A stretch of DNA of 57,319 nucleotides, counting the filler, from Sphacelaria rigidula (lineage: Eukaryota), in the NCBI GenBank assembly GCA_964200075.2. It is 8 parts of 8 records of this genome, joined end to end, with 100 filler letters (N's around TTAATTAATTAA, not from the genome) between each part and the next. Parts side by side here need not be neighbours in the genome. Positions count along the whole stretch, not along the records: positions 35,890 to 42,966 come from CAXNAA020016604.1; positions 43,067 to 50,143 come from CAXNAA020016605.1; 6 more parts are not named here. The stretch is one strand, 5' to 3'. The notes under the pieces are model-generated. The model worked only from the letters and a program-made list of their open reading frames with translations, did not search any database and was not told the origin of the DNA. Below are positions 37,089 to 49,700 of this stretch, in pieces (position 1 is the stretch's first letter; each line of letters starts with the position of its first letter). The position numbers and the translations under genes were made by a program.

Positions 37089-38292
37089 TGTAAGGTGTAA
37101 GAATAGTCCCTTAAGCGTCAGAAGAATAGTGCCACGTGTCACAACAAACTGCTTTTAGCGGAATTGATTCGTACCGTACTATTCGATCCTTGGGCTACTA
37201 TTAGTATCACCTTTGTTAATAGCTTTGTTTTCGGCGGTGCACCTCAGGTACGCGCATCCCAGGCACGTGGACTAGCTGAAATTTGCGCGGAGACTTGCTT
37301 GACCCGCAGTCAATTTTTTTTCTCTCTTCCGAGCAATCAGGCCTCAGGAATCGTAGATTTGGTGATTCGAAGTAGCGACCATTGGAACCTTCTTCTTCGT
37401 CATTCCCGTCGTCCGAAACATAATTTCAAATTTCATCACACCCTGGATGATGACAATAACTTCCATTGTCAAAAAGTGTAGTGAGTACAGTATAGACTAT
37501 TGCGTCTGTTGCAATAGACAAATAGATATCATACTGTGTACAGTACACTTTTTTACAATATAGTCTATTGTCCAGGGTGTTAATTTTATGCAATTTAATG
37601 AAAGTTGACGAATGAAGGGGATGCGCGAGTACCGATTCAACGCGCGATTAAGGAAAAGTGCAAGGCAAGTGATGAGAACAAGCGAACGAATGGGTGTATC
37701 ATCATCCGCCTATAGGCTTACCCCCCGAGCAAATTTGGGCGGAGCGGCGTACAAGTACAAAATATGTTAATAGTGACAGGTTGTGCAACAGGACCTATAG
37801 GGCAGTCGTAGAACTGACGGGGTAACTATGAATGATGGGTGGGTCACGTGTGACATCAATAACGTGTTGGTTTGTTTTTGCTCGAAAAGAAGCAAACACA
37901 TCGTTCCGGCGAATAAATAAACTGCAAGAATAAAATAATTATCGCCATATTCCTGATCCCAACCAACACAACATACTGGAATAGTTGCACCCGGTATTGC
38001 CATCATTCATTGTCGTAAATTTCTTGATTCCAAACAACCAAACAAACTCGACACTGTACTCTTGCGGAATGTATCAATATCATTATTATCACTTTTTTCT
38101 TTACTTACATTACAAGCCACAAATCAGCACAACGCCAACACTTGTTCTTAGAAAAAAAAAAAAAGTGAAACGAAAAATATATATATATACTAACTCCACA
38201 ACTCACAACTTTCCGGGGACAGGGAAAAATAATATGTATGTATGTATGTATCAAGGCAAAACGGAAGGTATAAACATATAAGAAGCTGTTAC

Positions 38293-38507
38293 CAGAGAAG
38301 CATCCTCAGAGGTGTCGACTCGAGAACTGAAGAGCAAGAGAGACTGCAACGCTGGCAGTGGAGTTACAGACGACACAAACGGACGCTGTGTTTCCATGAG
38401 CTGCCCGAAGCACAATAGTCCATCTCCTCTACCCGCGTCTGCAGCTGCCCCTCTCGACCCCGCCACCCCGTCGCTCCGCCCCGCCGCTCTCGCTCCGGAC
38501 CGACGAC
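38293..38507 (-). CDS. DHX34: Next exon of the DHX34-like helicase
   Basis: Encodes GLLCFGQLMETQRPFVSSVTPLPALQSLLLFSSRVDTSEDASL, like DHX34 LL.F..LLETNKPYL.....IPALQSLLLFSRSLDT (recalled). Acceptor ttccAG|GT takes phase 1 from the previous exon. Donor CTG|GTAACA, phase 0. Confidence 0.85.
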
Positions 38508-38913
38508 CTGGAATATTCAACGATTTGGCAGTTGATTGGTCGATCGGTTGATGATCGTGCGACTCAACTCGCCCGGTGCCACTCCAGTCGTGGTTGAGAA
38601 CAGCGTAGATGGTGATCAATTATTTGAAGTCCATCCATCGATTACATCGATTAATCTATGGAATTCCCTGCATTGACTGATGTGTTTGATGCGTTTGCAA
38701 GATGCAGCCGCGGTTGCCACGATATATATTTTTATAGTTATGCAGCCATGTATACAGGCGTTCAACGATATATGCCCTACCTGCATCTCAAATGGTCTGC
38801 GAAAACTTTTCGAGTAAGTGAAACCAGTATTCGGCCGTTGACTACCGTCATCGCGGACGAGAGAGACGTCGGGAGTGGCGCTTGGGCGGGAGGGAGGGGG
38901 GGGAGGGGGGTGC

Positions 38914-39320
38914 GTACTTATTTGTTGCTTCCCTCCTAATAGCCGTTTGACCATTGACCACGTTTCCCTTTCGAGACGGAGCACCGTTCCTACGCCTAAT
39001 AGAGACACCTCCAACATTAGAGAGTTTCGGAAAACGCTTTTTTGTCATTTCAGAGTGTGAATATCTCAGGATCAGAGTGCAGAATAAAATAAAATAAACT
39101 CATCGAAACAAGGTTAAGGGGATACCACATTCAACGGAGGGGGAAATATTTTTTCGCTACACTCTGATCATGAGATATTCGCACTCTGAAATGACAAAAA
39201 AGCATTTTCCGAAACTCTCCATCGGGGTGCTCGTTCCGTTTCTTCCATACATTACACAAAAATCTTTTACATATCTCATCGCCTTCCTGTGTCGCCCTCT
39301 TTGGTCATCTTATATCTTTG
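38914..39320 (-). mobile_element. LINE A 3' fragment interrupted by a MITE
   Basis: Matches 24660-24855 on both sides of the 39020-39219 insertion. G-rich tail on the plus strand. GGGCGGGAG occurs on both flanks. Confidence 0.75.
39020..39219. mobile_element. ~200-bp foldback MITE; second copy 52821-53024
   Basis: ~60-bp inverted arms GAGAGTTTCGGAAA.CGC.TTTTTG.C.TTTCAGAGTG. Inserted into a LINE A fragment. Probable TA target. Confidence 0.8.
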
Positions 39321-42171
39321 CGGGGCGGGAGTGTACGGCAGAGTACAGGCACCCTTAACACGGCGAGTGCTCGATCGGTTGGTGAATTGTTTGGTTGGTT
39401 GATCATGCCACATTAGCCTACCCCCAATGGATCCAGCCGTTGTCACAAGGTAGACATACCCAAGGGCTCAACAAAAGACAGTAGCGGAACAGAATGTACG
39501 CGAGGGAAAGCTATGGCACTGGTCCAACTACTTAGTATGCTCGATGGGGATGCGCGATCGATGCTACCGTAGACAGGTACGGTGACCCTGACATGAGCTT
39601 TCCGAACGAGTCTTGCGTATGCCCGGGTCGCGGTATGCACTCAACAATTCCCCTTTTTCTGGATTATAACTCACAACAACGAAGAGCTATTATATTTCAA
39701 TAAGCACGTCTCCGGGAGGGAATAATGGAGTCTCTCTTACTGACAAACCAACAATAGGTCGACAAACATTCCAAGGCGTGGTTACTGGATGCGTTATATC
39801 ATAAAATTGAAACACTCTGCCGAGGGGTAGCTACGGACTACGCCGGATGTACCCCTAAAAACTTACCATCATGGCTGAAACTTCAACTTCACACGTCGGA
39901 CAACTCGGGAGCTGCAGTACCTAGATATTACTTTTCGTTTGTGCATCGATCCGAATCATGAGCTAGCTCATTGCGCCCGTTTTTTTTTGTCATATTTTCT
40001 CCCTGCAGTAGTGCTGGATGCCGACCACGCGGAGTGGCGCAAAGGCAGCGCCATGGCTTCTCAGACCCCGCTGTCACGTCAATTGTGTGTTTCGGATAAG
40101 GCATCTAACTGGTATTAATAGAGGCCTCTTCCACTACTTGTCTCAGGTAGCTAGCTCATGAGCGCTCCGACGTGTGAAAAAGTCCAAGGGTCGGACAAAT
40201 AATGATTGGCCTGGAAATTACTTGGTTTTAGTATAATGGATTCGAATCGTACGAATCAATCTCTAGGCTTTGCTTTGGCGTTGCAACCCAGGTACACGCA
40301 GCCCAGACCCGTGGAATGGCGCAGAAGTTGCGTGGATACCCCTTCGACCAGCGGTCAACGTTTTTCCGCCTGTTGGGCAATCAGGTCGAAGAAATCGTGG
40401 ATTCGGTGATTCCTAGTCGTGATGATTCGTCCTAACCGTGAAAAAGTCCATCGCCAACACAAAAAGCACACATCGACCACGAACACAATAAAACCTATCG
40501 GGATGAAAATTTGAAGAGCATGCCCTTTACGTTCGTAGGATTCCGCAATATCAACATCTCAGTATCTCGGTGCGCCCTAGATAACTTTTACGCAGGGTTA
40601 TCCCCCAATCTTCAGGAAGGAATCGCTAGCTGACCTAGTCCCCACGACAGGCTCACTCTGTATAGCGAGTGGCCTAGCCTGTGCATCGCACGTGTTCCAC
40701 ACAACATCGTCGGACTTGAAGAACCCCGGAGCACGGGATAGGCTTGCGGGGAAAGCAGGCTTCCTTGCGAGCGAGCTACTGGCGACTGGCGGCTACACGA
40801 GGATCATCTTCACGTGGAGGCATAGCCTCTTCGTCGGAGCAAATGTCTTTTTATTTTAGCACAAACCAAATATTTTACCACAGACGATATATGTTGTTGT
40901 TGTTGTTGTTGTTGCTGTTGCTGTCTTCACATTGAAAACCGTACCGATCTCTGCACAGCACCTTCTAACTTCCGTGCTGGGCGTCTGATGCGGACGCCTC
41001 CCGGTCACAGGCTAACTGTCCGAAGCAAGGTGTAAGAAAACCAACTAAAAGAACAGACTAGGACCCAGAGAAATCAACACATACGCGATACAGTACAAAA
41101 CAAAATTGTGATAACTCAGGAAGATCCGGTGCCGCAGGCGACCGTTCCGGCAAAAATATGGGAATATGTTTTCATCAAATGATACGGCACATTCATATAT
41201 TAGTATTATCACCACGACAGAATCTACGTCCATCATAAACAGAACACCGAAGAATCTCTACACGTCCGGACAGGGCAACCTATCCCTCGCGCATACGAAG
41301 CATATCACCAAAAAATACCCAATGCTTATATGCGTCTTTATTAGTACTTGACAAAACATTCTGTACATCCTGTGCACCGCTGAAATGAGTGCACGCGATC
41401 AACTGATCGTGTCCCTGTTTTCGGTCATGTGCGCGAACATCCCCACTACAACAGTCAACATGGAGTCAACCGAACCTTCTGACGAACAATAGCACAAAAA
41501 ATTGACGGCATTTGATACATGGGAAATGACCGGATCTCCATTGTACATGGTATGAATATTCCACGTAGGCCATTCGCAAGACCTTGTCTACCTGAAGTGA
41601 TGTTGCAGAGGCCGGCCATCTCTGGTTTTTGTTTCTTGTCTCTGTTTTGTTTTTGTGTTCAGTCTGTTTTTTGTGCCTTTTCGACCCTTCAGTTTTCTTC
41701 ATTTTCCTTGAGCGAGTACTTCCATCTCGTTTTTGTCTCGAGTAAGTCCATCATGTAGAGAATGACCACGACTGGACCCCGGAGGGACAGTTCATGTACC
41801 ACAGTCAATCAAGCAATCAAGCAATCAAATACAAAAGAAACAAATCACACGGAATCAACCCATGCTTCTCCGCACACTCAAACCACCATGTTTGATCTGC
41901 AGGTAACGAATTGTTGCCTTTTGCTACACACATAAATGCTAATGCTTCTGTTGTAGACCTCAGGTTCCTGGATGTATCCCGCGCACACTCAGGGCGCTCA
42001 ACCCCAAGACAGTAAACCTCTTGCGGGGACCAGACAGCGGCACAAGAGGAGGAAATGACTCCTCACGGATGTTATCTAGAGGATCAGAATTCCGAAACTC
42101 CAGGAACGTCGGGATCGTGCTCTTCACATATCTCACGAGTACCACATTTAGTCTTCACCAACTGTCCTCAC

Positions 42172-42421
42172 CGCCCAGCTCCCTGCCGCCAGCAACACCA
42201 GCAGCATCGCCAAACGCGGCGAAGTCTTGGCAGGCCAGCACCGAGGACGGTGACATGAACAGCCCTGCCGACGGCCTCGTGACGTACTGCTGCTCGGTAG
42301 ACGGTCGACCCGCGTTGCCCGCGTCAGCAACAGCGAAATTCGGGTATAAGCCTTGGCACAGGATAACCTTGAGGAGAGCCACGTCTCGACGTGTCAGGCG
42401 CCGCCCCGATGATTCGGCCAG
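42172..42421 (-). CDS. DHX34: Internal exon of a DHX34-like DEAH-box RNA helicase (region leading into the OB fold)
   Basis: Translates LAESSGRRLTRRDVALLKVILCQGLYPNFAVADAGNAGRPSTEQQYVTRPSAGLFMSPSSVLA, which resembles the DHX34 segment LLKLVL..GLYPQLAV.D..N..R...Q.F.T....G..LHPT.VFA (recalled, not searched). Acceptor atcAG|CTG, donor G|GTGAGG, phase 0 to 1. Confidence 0.8.
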
Positions 42422-43066
42422 CTGATCTGATTTTGCAGGGGTCGGAAAAAAGATACCACGCCGCGCATGGGTATGCCGACGCGCGCAGACGGACACCAGA
42501 GGGGGCGGGCGGGCGGGTGGAAGGGGGGACGGGGGACAGGGGGTACTCATTTACTCATGATCTTGCATGCCGTACTGTAGCAGTTCTTGCATGCCGTAGT
42601 GATAAGGCTATTGACCTCGCACCTCTACACAGCCGAGACGGAGGACGCGGGTGTACGATGGACCAGGCTCGCAAGCAATCACCAAGCGCGAAGCGCCGTG
42701 ATATCTTCGGCGAGTCGCATGACGGGTGATGTACAAATTGCCAAGATTGCTCGACCCGAAGCGTACCGATCATGTTGCACAAGTTTGACAGCCTCGAATG
42801 AGGTGCTTCATTTTCTGGTATCGGCACTTCCACAGACGGCCACGGGCTACTCTGCCTCACGGTGTCTCACCATCTGAACAGTGTGAGGGGGGGGGGGGGG
42901 GGGCGCCATATTTTGTTTCTTGCTTTAGTCTTTTGACCATCGACCCGCCACCCCTTCGCCATTTTTNNNNNNNNNNNNNNNNNNNNNNNNNNNNNNNNNN
43001 NNNNNNNNNNTTAATTAATTAANNNNNNNNNNNNNNNNNNNNNNNNNNNNNNNNNNNNNNNNNNNN

Positions 43067-43811
43067 AGCAACTGATCTCACGATCAGGGTGCAACCTCTG
43101 CACACTACTGTTCGCTGAACAGTAGTTGGCCTGTCGTGCACAGTGCCTACGACCACGAATTATTCCAACAGGTTTTGAGCCATCGATTCGCGATCACGTA
43201 GCTCTTCAGGTCATCAGCCTTCGCTTCGAGACTACGTCGGTCAGCACCAGCGAGGAGACTTCCCATCAAGGTCGTCACTGCAGCTAAAAAGTGAGAAGAG
43301 TCCTTTCTTCATATTTCTTATTTGATCAAGGTTTTAGGTGTGATAAATTCTCACACATAGTGTAACAAGATGAATAATCAAGGAGAGCCATCTGTTGCAC
43401 AGCTCATCAGGAGCATCAGGAAATTCGATGGAACAAATTTCCTCGAATGGAAGCGCAGCACGCGCGCAATGATTTCCCTCACACATCCTGGGATCTCAGA
43501 TATTATGAATGGGGGTACACGTCCCGAGGAAATTTTCGATGACGTGGAGCACATTCAAGGTGCTCAATCACCTCCGGTTGCAAGACCAACATCAAGATCA
43601 TCACCGCCACACACCCGCTCCCGAAGAACCGCGCCGTCTTCATCTGAAGAGGCAGCCGAATCAAGTGATACAGGCCGGGACCCGCTGGCTGGCAGCGGAG
43701 TAGACATCTCTTGAGGGAACACACATGTGAGAGTTTTGGTGAACAGATCTGAAGTTGATGATTGGGATCGTTGCAACGAACAGTTGTTCAACATATTATA
43801 CTTGACAACTA
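43067..43811 (+). mobile_element. Ty1/Copia LTR-retrotransposon 5' remnant: LTR end (..AACA, 43170), PBS (43171-43181), leader, start of gag
   Basis: CCAACA is followed directly by GGTTTTGAGCC, like the Copia internal-tRNAiMet PBS GGTTATG(A/G)GCC. The ORF at 43370 has the Copia gag N-terminal motif KFDGTNFLEWK. Confidence 0.7.
43370..43811 (+). pseudogene. Copia gag, with in-frame TGA at 43712-43714, truncated at the RTE fragment
   Basis: MNNQGEPSVAQLIRSIRKFDGTNFLEWKRSTRAMI..., then the same frame continues after the stop as EVDDWDRCNEQLFNILYLTT. Confidence 0.65.
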
Positions 43812-44990
43812 CGTGCCGATGGAACAGACGAAATACTCAACTTGCTTCTGTTTCAGGCTCACCGCCTCCACCACGACCATATCCTCCTTCTTCATGTACG
43901 GGGAGCGCATGTGCATGGTGGCCATCTCCTTCCCCGCCACGACAAGACCGAATGCCTCGCAGACTTAATCATCATCTTCGCCACATTTAGTTGAAATCGT
44001 GAGACGATGCCAGCATCTTGGGTGTACAGCATGGCCTAAAGTAGTTTGCAGAGTGTTCCCCTGGTGTTCCCGCCCCGAGTGATGCTACGGTGAGGGTACA
44101 CAAATATTTCCTGAGGTTAGGGTTGTGAGGAGTCCATCATCTCATCCAAAACACGACTTATGAAATATGTGAGAGTACACCGGGATTACTATTTCAATGT
44201 GCAAGAAGTATTTCGAGTGAGCTTGCAAACGGGGATGCCCCGGTCCGTATGCTTGTGCATCCGCTAGAAGCCCCTGAACCCGACAAGATTTTGCGCAAAA
44301 AGTGCACCCCTGTCATAGCATTGCTCCCCCTTCCAGCTATGCCAATGAAGTCCTTCGCCAACGATTCATCGACAGCGGTCTGACGTCACCCACCGTCAGC
44401 CCCGCCGCAAAGAAGATGCTGAACAAACCGGGGGAGAACACAGCCTCGGCGAAGGCCAGGGTCACTGTTCAACCATTCAGGGATCTCGCTGCGTTCAAAG
44501 TGCACGCATGCTCGCATGCCGTCGTGGAACTGGTAGGTAATAGATATCATCTTGGTGGGTGTAATCCGTGCGAGGAGCGCGTGCTTAGAGGACCGCGCCG
44601 TAGTTCAAAATACCTCAAGATGGACGTTTTTCAATAGCAATCGGGTCAGTTCCTGCAGGTACCACGCCCCTGACCCTAACCCCAACACTAACACTAACCC
44701 TAACCCTAACCACAAGGATGTTCAAATTCCGATGCGGTCCTCTAAGCACGCGGTCCTCTCACGTATTACACGGGGATACGGTATCGTGCTATGTAGCGCC
44801 TTCCAGAGAGGAGGAAAGCGTCGGCTGAGTCGTACGCTTTTCGGAGGTCGATGTGACACATGTGCAGTAGTACAAATTTCTTCTCTCTGGCTAGTTCTTG
44901 GAGTCTGCGCACAGCGGACACCATGTCGACTGTCGACCGGCCGGGTCGTAAGCCGCACTGAGCTTCCGGGTGGATTCTCTTCCACTCGCA
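43812..44990 (-). mobile_element. Decayed RTE-like LINE reverse transcriptase fragment, interrupted by a MITE at 44560-44770
   Basis: PEAQCGLRPGRSTVDMVSAVRRLQEL, HIDLRKAYDS, QFHDGMRACV, GLRRGCVL, AMLYTQDAGIVSR (degenerate YADD), AFGLVV. Multiple frame breaks. Confidence 0.85.
44560..44770 (+). mobile_element. Isolated TGT...ACA MITE with internal (CCCTAA)-like repeats
   Basis: 37-bp TIR, family consensus TGTAATGCGTGAGAGGACCGCGTGCTTAGAGGACCGC. Flanks TGGG/CGGG. Deleting the element plus 4 bp restores the RT frame (RIPTKMISITYQFHDG). Confidence 0.88.
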
Positions 44991-47900
44991 TATGAAGCCA
45001 CTATCACCAGATTCATGAATCTTTGTCCGACATGCGGACATCGATTGCGCCGCATGGTCACTGGGGGGTACAGTACACCGGTAGGGTACAGTGCGGGAAA
45101 TCCCGCCGCATGGTCGTGGCAGCTCGCCGGGCTGTTGTGGGGACAAATGGCCATTAAATTGTTCTACACGGCGCGGGGTATTCGCAAGTCTGCCGTTAGT
45201 TTCAGAACAGACAGAGGTGAGTCACTTGCAGCGAGGCCCGAGACTTTTCTGTGACCGTATCAGCTGTTGTAGCCTTATGAGGTGCAGTATTGCACTTTTG
45301 ATATAACCACTGTACTGTGCTGTTGAGGTCTACTGGCTCTACTGTAGATCACGTAGTTCAACACCACTCTCCCACGATGTTGATCTCTTCAATCCCGACT
45401 TTATCGAATAGAAGAATACCTGGGAGTGTCCAATAGATGAACGTGTTAGCAAGATGCGGATAGAATAATTCCATTGCAAGAAAGCTGGATGCGACTTTAC
45501 GGTCGGATGCTTCCATGTTGGAAAACTTCTCACTGGGGGTGTTATACCCCGTTACCTACTATCCGGCCCAGCACCAAAGCACAGCAGCAACGTACGCAAC
45601 CACAACCAGCAGTACGCAACACGGCCTGTCATGATGAGTGGGTATCGGGTCGACATATTTCTTGGTATGTTCCTGGTGGACGCTATGTTTGACCGTGTGG
45701 GAAAATATGCATCTGATACGTTAGGCACAACCCGATAACTGACCGTGTAATGAACCCGTACAGTACCGCGCGGTACTGCTGTCCGCGATGCCTATCCTCT
45801 CCAGTAGAGCTGCGCTCTGGAGCGGCGCCGGATAAGAGGCTTGGAGCATGTACTACGGAGTCAATTTCGCTGGCCTCGGAACTGTTCGTCTCAATTATTC
45901 TGTCGTCGAAGTCTGCCTGAGCACTTTACGATGTCGGGTCACGTCCAAAATTTTCAAGTCAGGCGCAACTACTCGTATCGACGTTTGTTCTGTTCACCGC
46001 GGAACAACGATTTCTGGGAAGTCAGCTTTGACGGCAAACGCGTTTTCGGAAGAGTAGTTTCGTTGTATTGTCCGTGGGTGAGCAAGAATAGGTTGTACCT
46101 GTCGGGCTGAGGGTGTTGAGGCCATGTTATATGGAGGCAAGAAGGGAAAGAAAAAAACAGGTATCCAAAAAGGCTGTCTCTCCGCAACAACGAGTTTGAA
46201 TGCTAACAAGACCAAATGTTATGGAGACAGAATTGGCGATACACAATGGCCGATTCTGTATTCCCCTCCCGGAAACTATCAGATATGAGGACATAGTTGA
46301 GCATAAACCATGGCTACAATCATGTACAGACGAACAGATTCACCAGGACGATACAGAAAATGGGGCCCCAATTTTCATCCAGTCGCCCGGATGTACAGAA
46401 GTCCACAACTGGGTTTTGACTCTCCTTGTTGATGGTCGGCATGGAGAAACGAAAGCGTGAGCACGCCATGCCTACGCTGACTCAGACAGCTACAGAATGA
46501 GCAAAGAGAAATGCAATAGCCCGAGGTACAGGTTTGAGCATACCAGGGCGCTGTGCTCTGGACCTTCTTCGTGCCGATTCAGTGTAGAAACAACGGTTTT
46601 CTTCCTCATGTTTGCTGAAATGCAATCAAACAATCAACACCCCCCCCCCCCCAACAATTTTCGAGAGCCACACGAATTGCTGCTATTCCCCCGAAAGTGG
46701 CCGATTTCCCAGGGAAGGAAGCACATCGTGCCCAGGTGAATGGTGGCTAGGCGTCTATCTGCCTTGCGTGTAACGTTTATGTCAGTGGGTTGATATATTC
46801 ATCTCGTCCAGGATGAGCTAACCAACAACACTGCGTGTGTTCCGTGATTTTACGTTGGCCTAGGTGGGTTGTTTTCCACCATGGGCGTTTCGGAGATTTT
46901 CCGCTTCGCTTTTTGTTCTGCTTGATATGTGCCAGCAATGATTTTTGTTGTTGTTGTAAAATTGAGTGTTTGGACGAGGACAGAACCAGCCATTTTGTGT
47001 CGCTGGTTGTGTTCCCCATAGCATTTGGTGTAACGAGCAAACACGAAACAGGCTTTTTTTCTGTAGGAGTGATGTTTTTTTTCGGCACTGAACGCAGTCT
47101 GGAGTAGCTCTGAAGATCTCGCCGGACATGACTAGAAAACACGTTACTGAAGCACGTTACACCTATAAATTCGAGCAGCCTTGACAAGCGCGCACAGAGG
47201 CACCCACAGCACATGTGCATCACACCTAGCTGTAGCTCTTGCTCATCTGCAGTGTTGTTTGTTTGACGACGATCCGTTCTAGGTGGGTTCACGTGCTTGT
47301 TTTGATCAAATTTTAACGCCAACGCTAATCTCGACCCGAACCCAAGGCACGCCGTGAGGGGGACGTCACCATTAAACCTCTCTGTCGGGGTTGAATAAGC
47401 GGTCTTAGGGTGAAGTTCCTTTTTCCGACAGAAACAAATCTCGAGTTCTATTCTTCGTCTTTTCTCCCTTGCTTTCCTAGTACAGAATCTGAGGAAGGAG
47501 AGGCAATGTGATGGATATTCAGGCCCAGGAACACGTCAGTACTGCTGGCGAGAGGGGCACCCTGGAGAACGCACCGAACATTTCTCGAGATGGAAGTGTT
47601 TTTTCTGTCCGTTGGACGAACTCCTCCTTTCTAATCACTCGCCCCTGAGTAACATACTCTACTCGGGCGCTCTCTAATGAAACGATATGGAACATATATC
47701 CTTCGCCAGGGGGCAACCAGTAGAGGGTACACACATACGGTGTTCTAGGGTACGGGTGCGCCGGCTGAGCTCAAATCGGCGCCACAGGCATCGCTTTGAG
47801 CCAAGATGCGTTCTGACGCTAGATTTTCGGGTAAGTCTCATGCCAGTCTATATTTGATATGTTGCCTGATTTGGGTAAGAAAGCTGCCCTTGCATTATTT

Positions 47901-48254
47901 GATGAATGAATTTTCCCGGAAAATTCGGAAGTTTTTAGATCGGTTCTCAAGACCCCTTATTTGTTCATAATTTCGACTTTTTCGACACAAGAACGACACC
48001 TAGTATACTTACAAATAAGTACAAGAGTTTCGGTGTCTTCCGCCGCCACGATCAATGGATCGACAATCGAAGAGCACATTAACTGACGGTAGTACCGAGA
48101 GAAGGCAAACCTGACCGTGTAGAGGTTCACGATGTGACGACATGCCTCATTGTGTGCAACTATACAACCCTGTGCTTACTGCAGAGTGTCGTTGGTTCTT
48201 CGGTTTTCATCATGAGTCATCTGTGTCACGCAGCAATATTTGCGGTGGAATTTA

Positions 48255-48740
48255 CGCCAGTTCCACATACAATTACACCGGTACCCCAGCGCACCGGCGA
48301 ACAGACCTCGTTTTGCTTACCGGAGAAGTACTCGTACAACAGCACAGAACAGTAGGGTACATGAAGCACGGGACAGAAGTAGAGCACACTCAGGTGAAGA
48401 CGATACTCGTATAGCAGCACAGCATAGTGTATGTTTGTTTTGTTTTCCCAGCAGTCCTGGTACTTTCGGGGCAATCGTTTGGCCGTCATTCTCGTCATCT
48501 GCGTCGCGCAGAAGGTTTAAAGTGGAAGTGATGCGAATTCCACATACATGCACCCCGGTACCGGAGCGCACCACCGAGTAACCCTCGTTTTGCTTTCCGG
48601 AGCAGTACTCGTACAGAAGTTCAAAACAGTGGGGTAGATGAACCACGGCACGGTCATAGTGTAAACGGCACTCCTATAGCAGCACAGCATAGTTGACGTG
48701 TTTTACGTTCGAAGCAGTCCTGGTGCTCTCGGGGCAGGGC
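48255..48740 (+). repeat. Diverged tandem duplication, unit ~280 bp
   Basis: TTCCACATACA...CCGGTACC..AGCGCACC...CCTCGTTTTGCTT.CCGGAG.AGTACTCGTACA...TATAGCAGCACAGCATAGT occurs twice. Confidence 0.8.
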
Positions 48741-49419
48741 TAGCATGCCTCAGGCATGTTTGGATCCTGCACGCATGCCACACCGTCTCAACTGTCTTCC
48801 CCTCGTTTCACTCTCTGAACTGTTACTCGAAACAATTATGTGTGCACCCGGGTGCACCATCGGAGTTTATGCGCAACCTGGAATAATGGCGAAACACGTG
48901 CGGCTAGTCAGTGCCACAGGATCATCCCGACCGTGGTGACTTGGGCCACACGTTCAGTCGGAGCCAGCACACCCAATGCAGAGTACAGTAGTACAGCAAC
49001 ATGATGTTGTACTCTCTCTCATTTCTCGCTACTCGTCGCGTGGCTGACTTCCTTTTATCTATTTGACTTCCCACTGCCAGCCCGAAAGTAAAAACGTGCT
49101 CCGTTGCGGTTATTTCGAAGCTCAAAATGTTTTGCACGCTTATCATCCATGTATGATAATGCACGCCGACATATTATGAAGGGGAAAGAGCTGCCGTTTG
49201 GTGCACCCAGCGGCACAGAGGACTCAAGGTAGAGACCGTGGCGTGTACCGGAACAGAACACCATGGCTACTGTGTTTTGCTATTCTATTCGGTAGTTGTG
49301 TTGAGTCTACCGGTACCGCCATGTTCACTATGCGGTCTCCACAGCAAATTGAGTGATGGTGTACAGACAGAACGGTACACATGACAATGTGTGAACGGAA
49401 ACGCTGGGGTGGTCCAGCT

Positions 49420-49700
49420 GACTTCGCACAACTCTGTTCAGAAGTCAATGAGAAATGATCCGGAAATGATGTCGATTCCATTTTAGAACGATGCCGACCC
49501 TGTCGTTTCATATCGTTCCCCTTAAACAGAACATGCTGCCGACTTAATTTTTGAGCGAAAAAATTATGCCGGTTCCGCAAAACGAGCATGGCCTGCATGC
49601 GTTCGAGAGAGATGACCACCGACGGTCGAAGGGTCCACCGAGAGGTCGAGAGAGGAAGTTTATCAAACGGAACGCATCTCAACGTCAAAACACCATGCAA
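49420..49700. repeat. Dispersed repeat, inverted relative to ~52205-52400
   Basis: CCGACGGTCGAAGGGTCCAC...ATCAAACGGAACGCATC against GATGCGTTCCATTTGAT...GTGGGCCCTTCGACCGTCGG. Confidence 0.6.
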
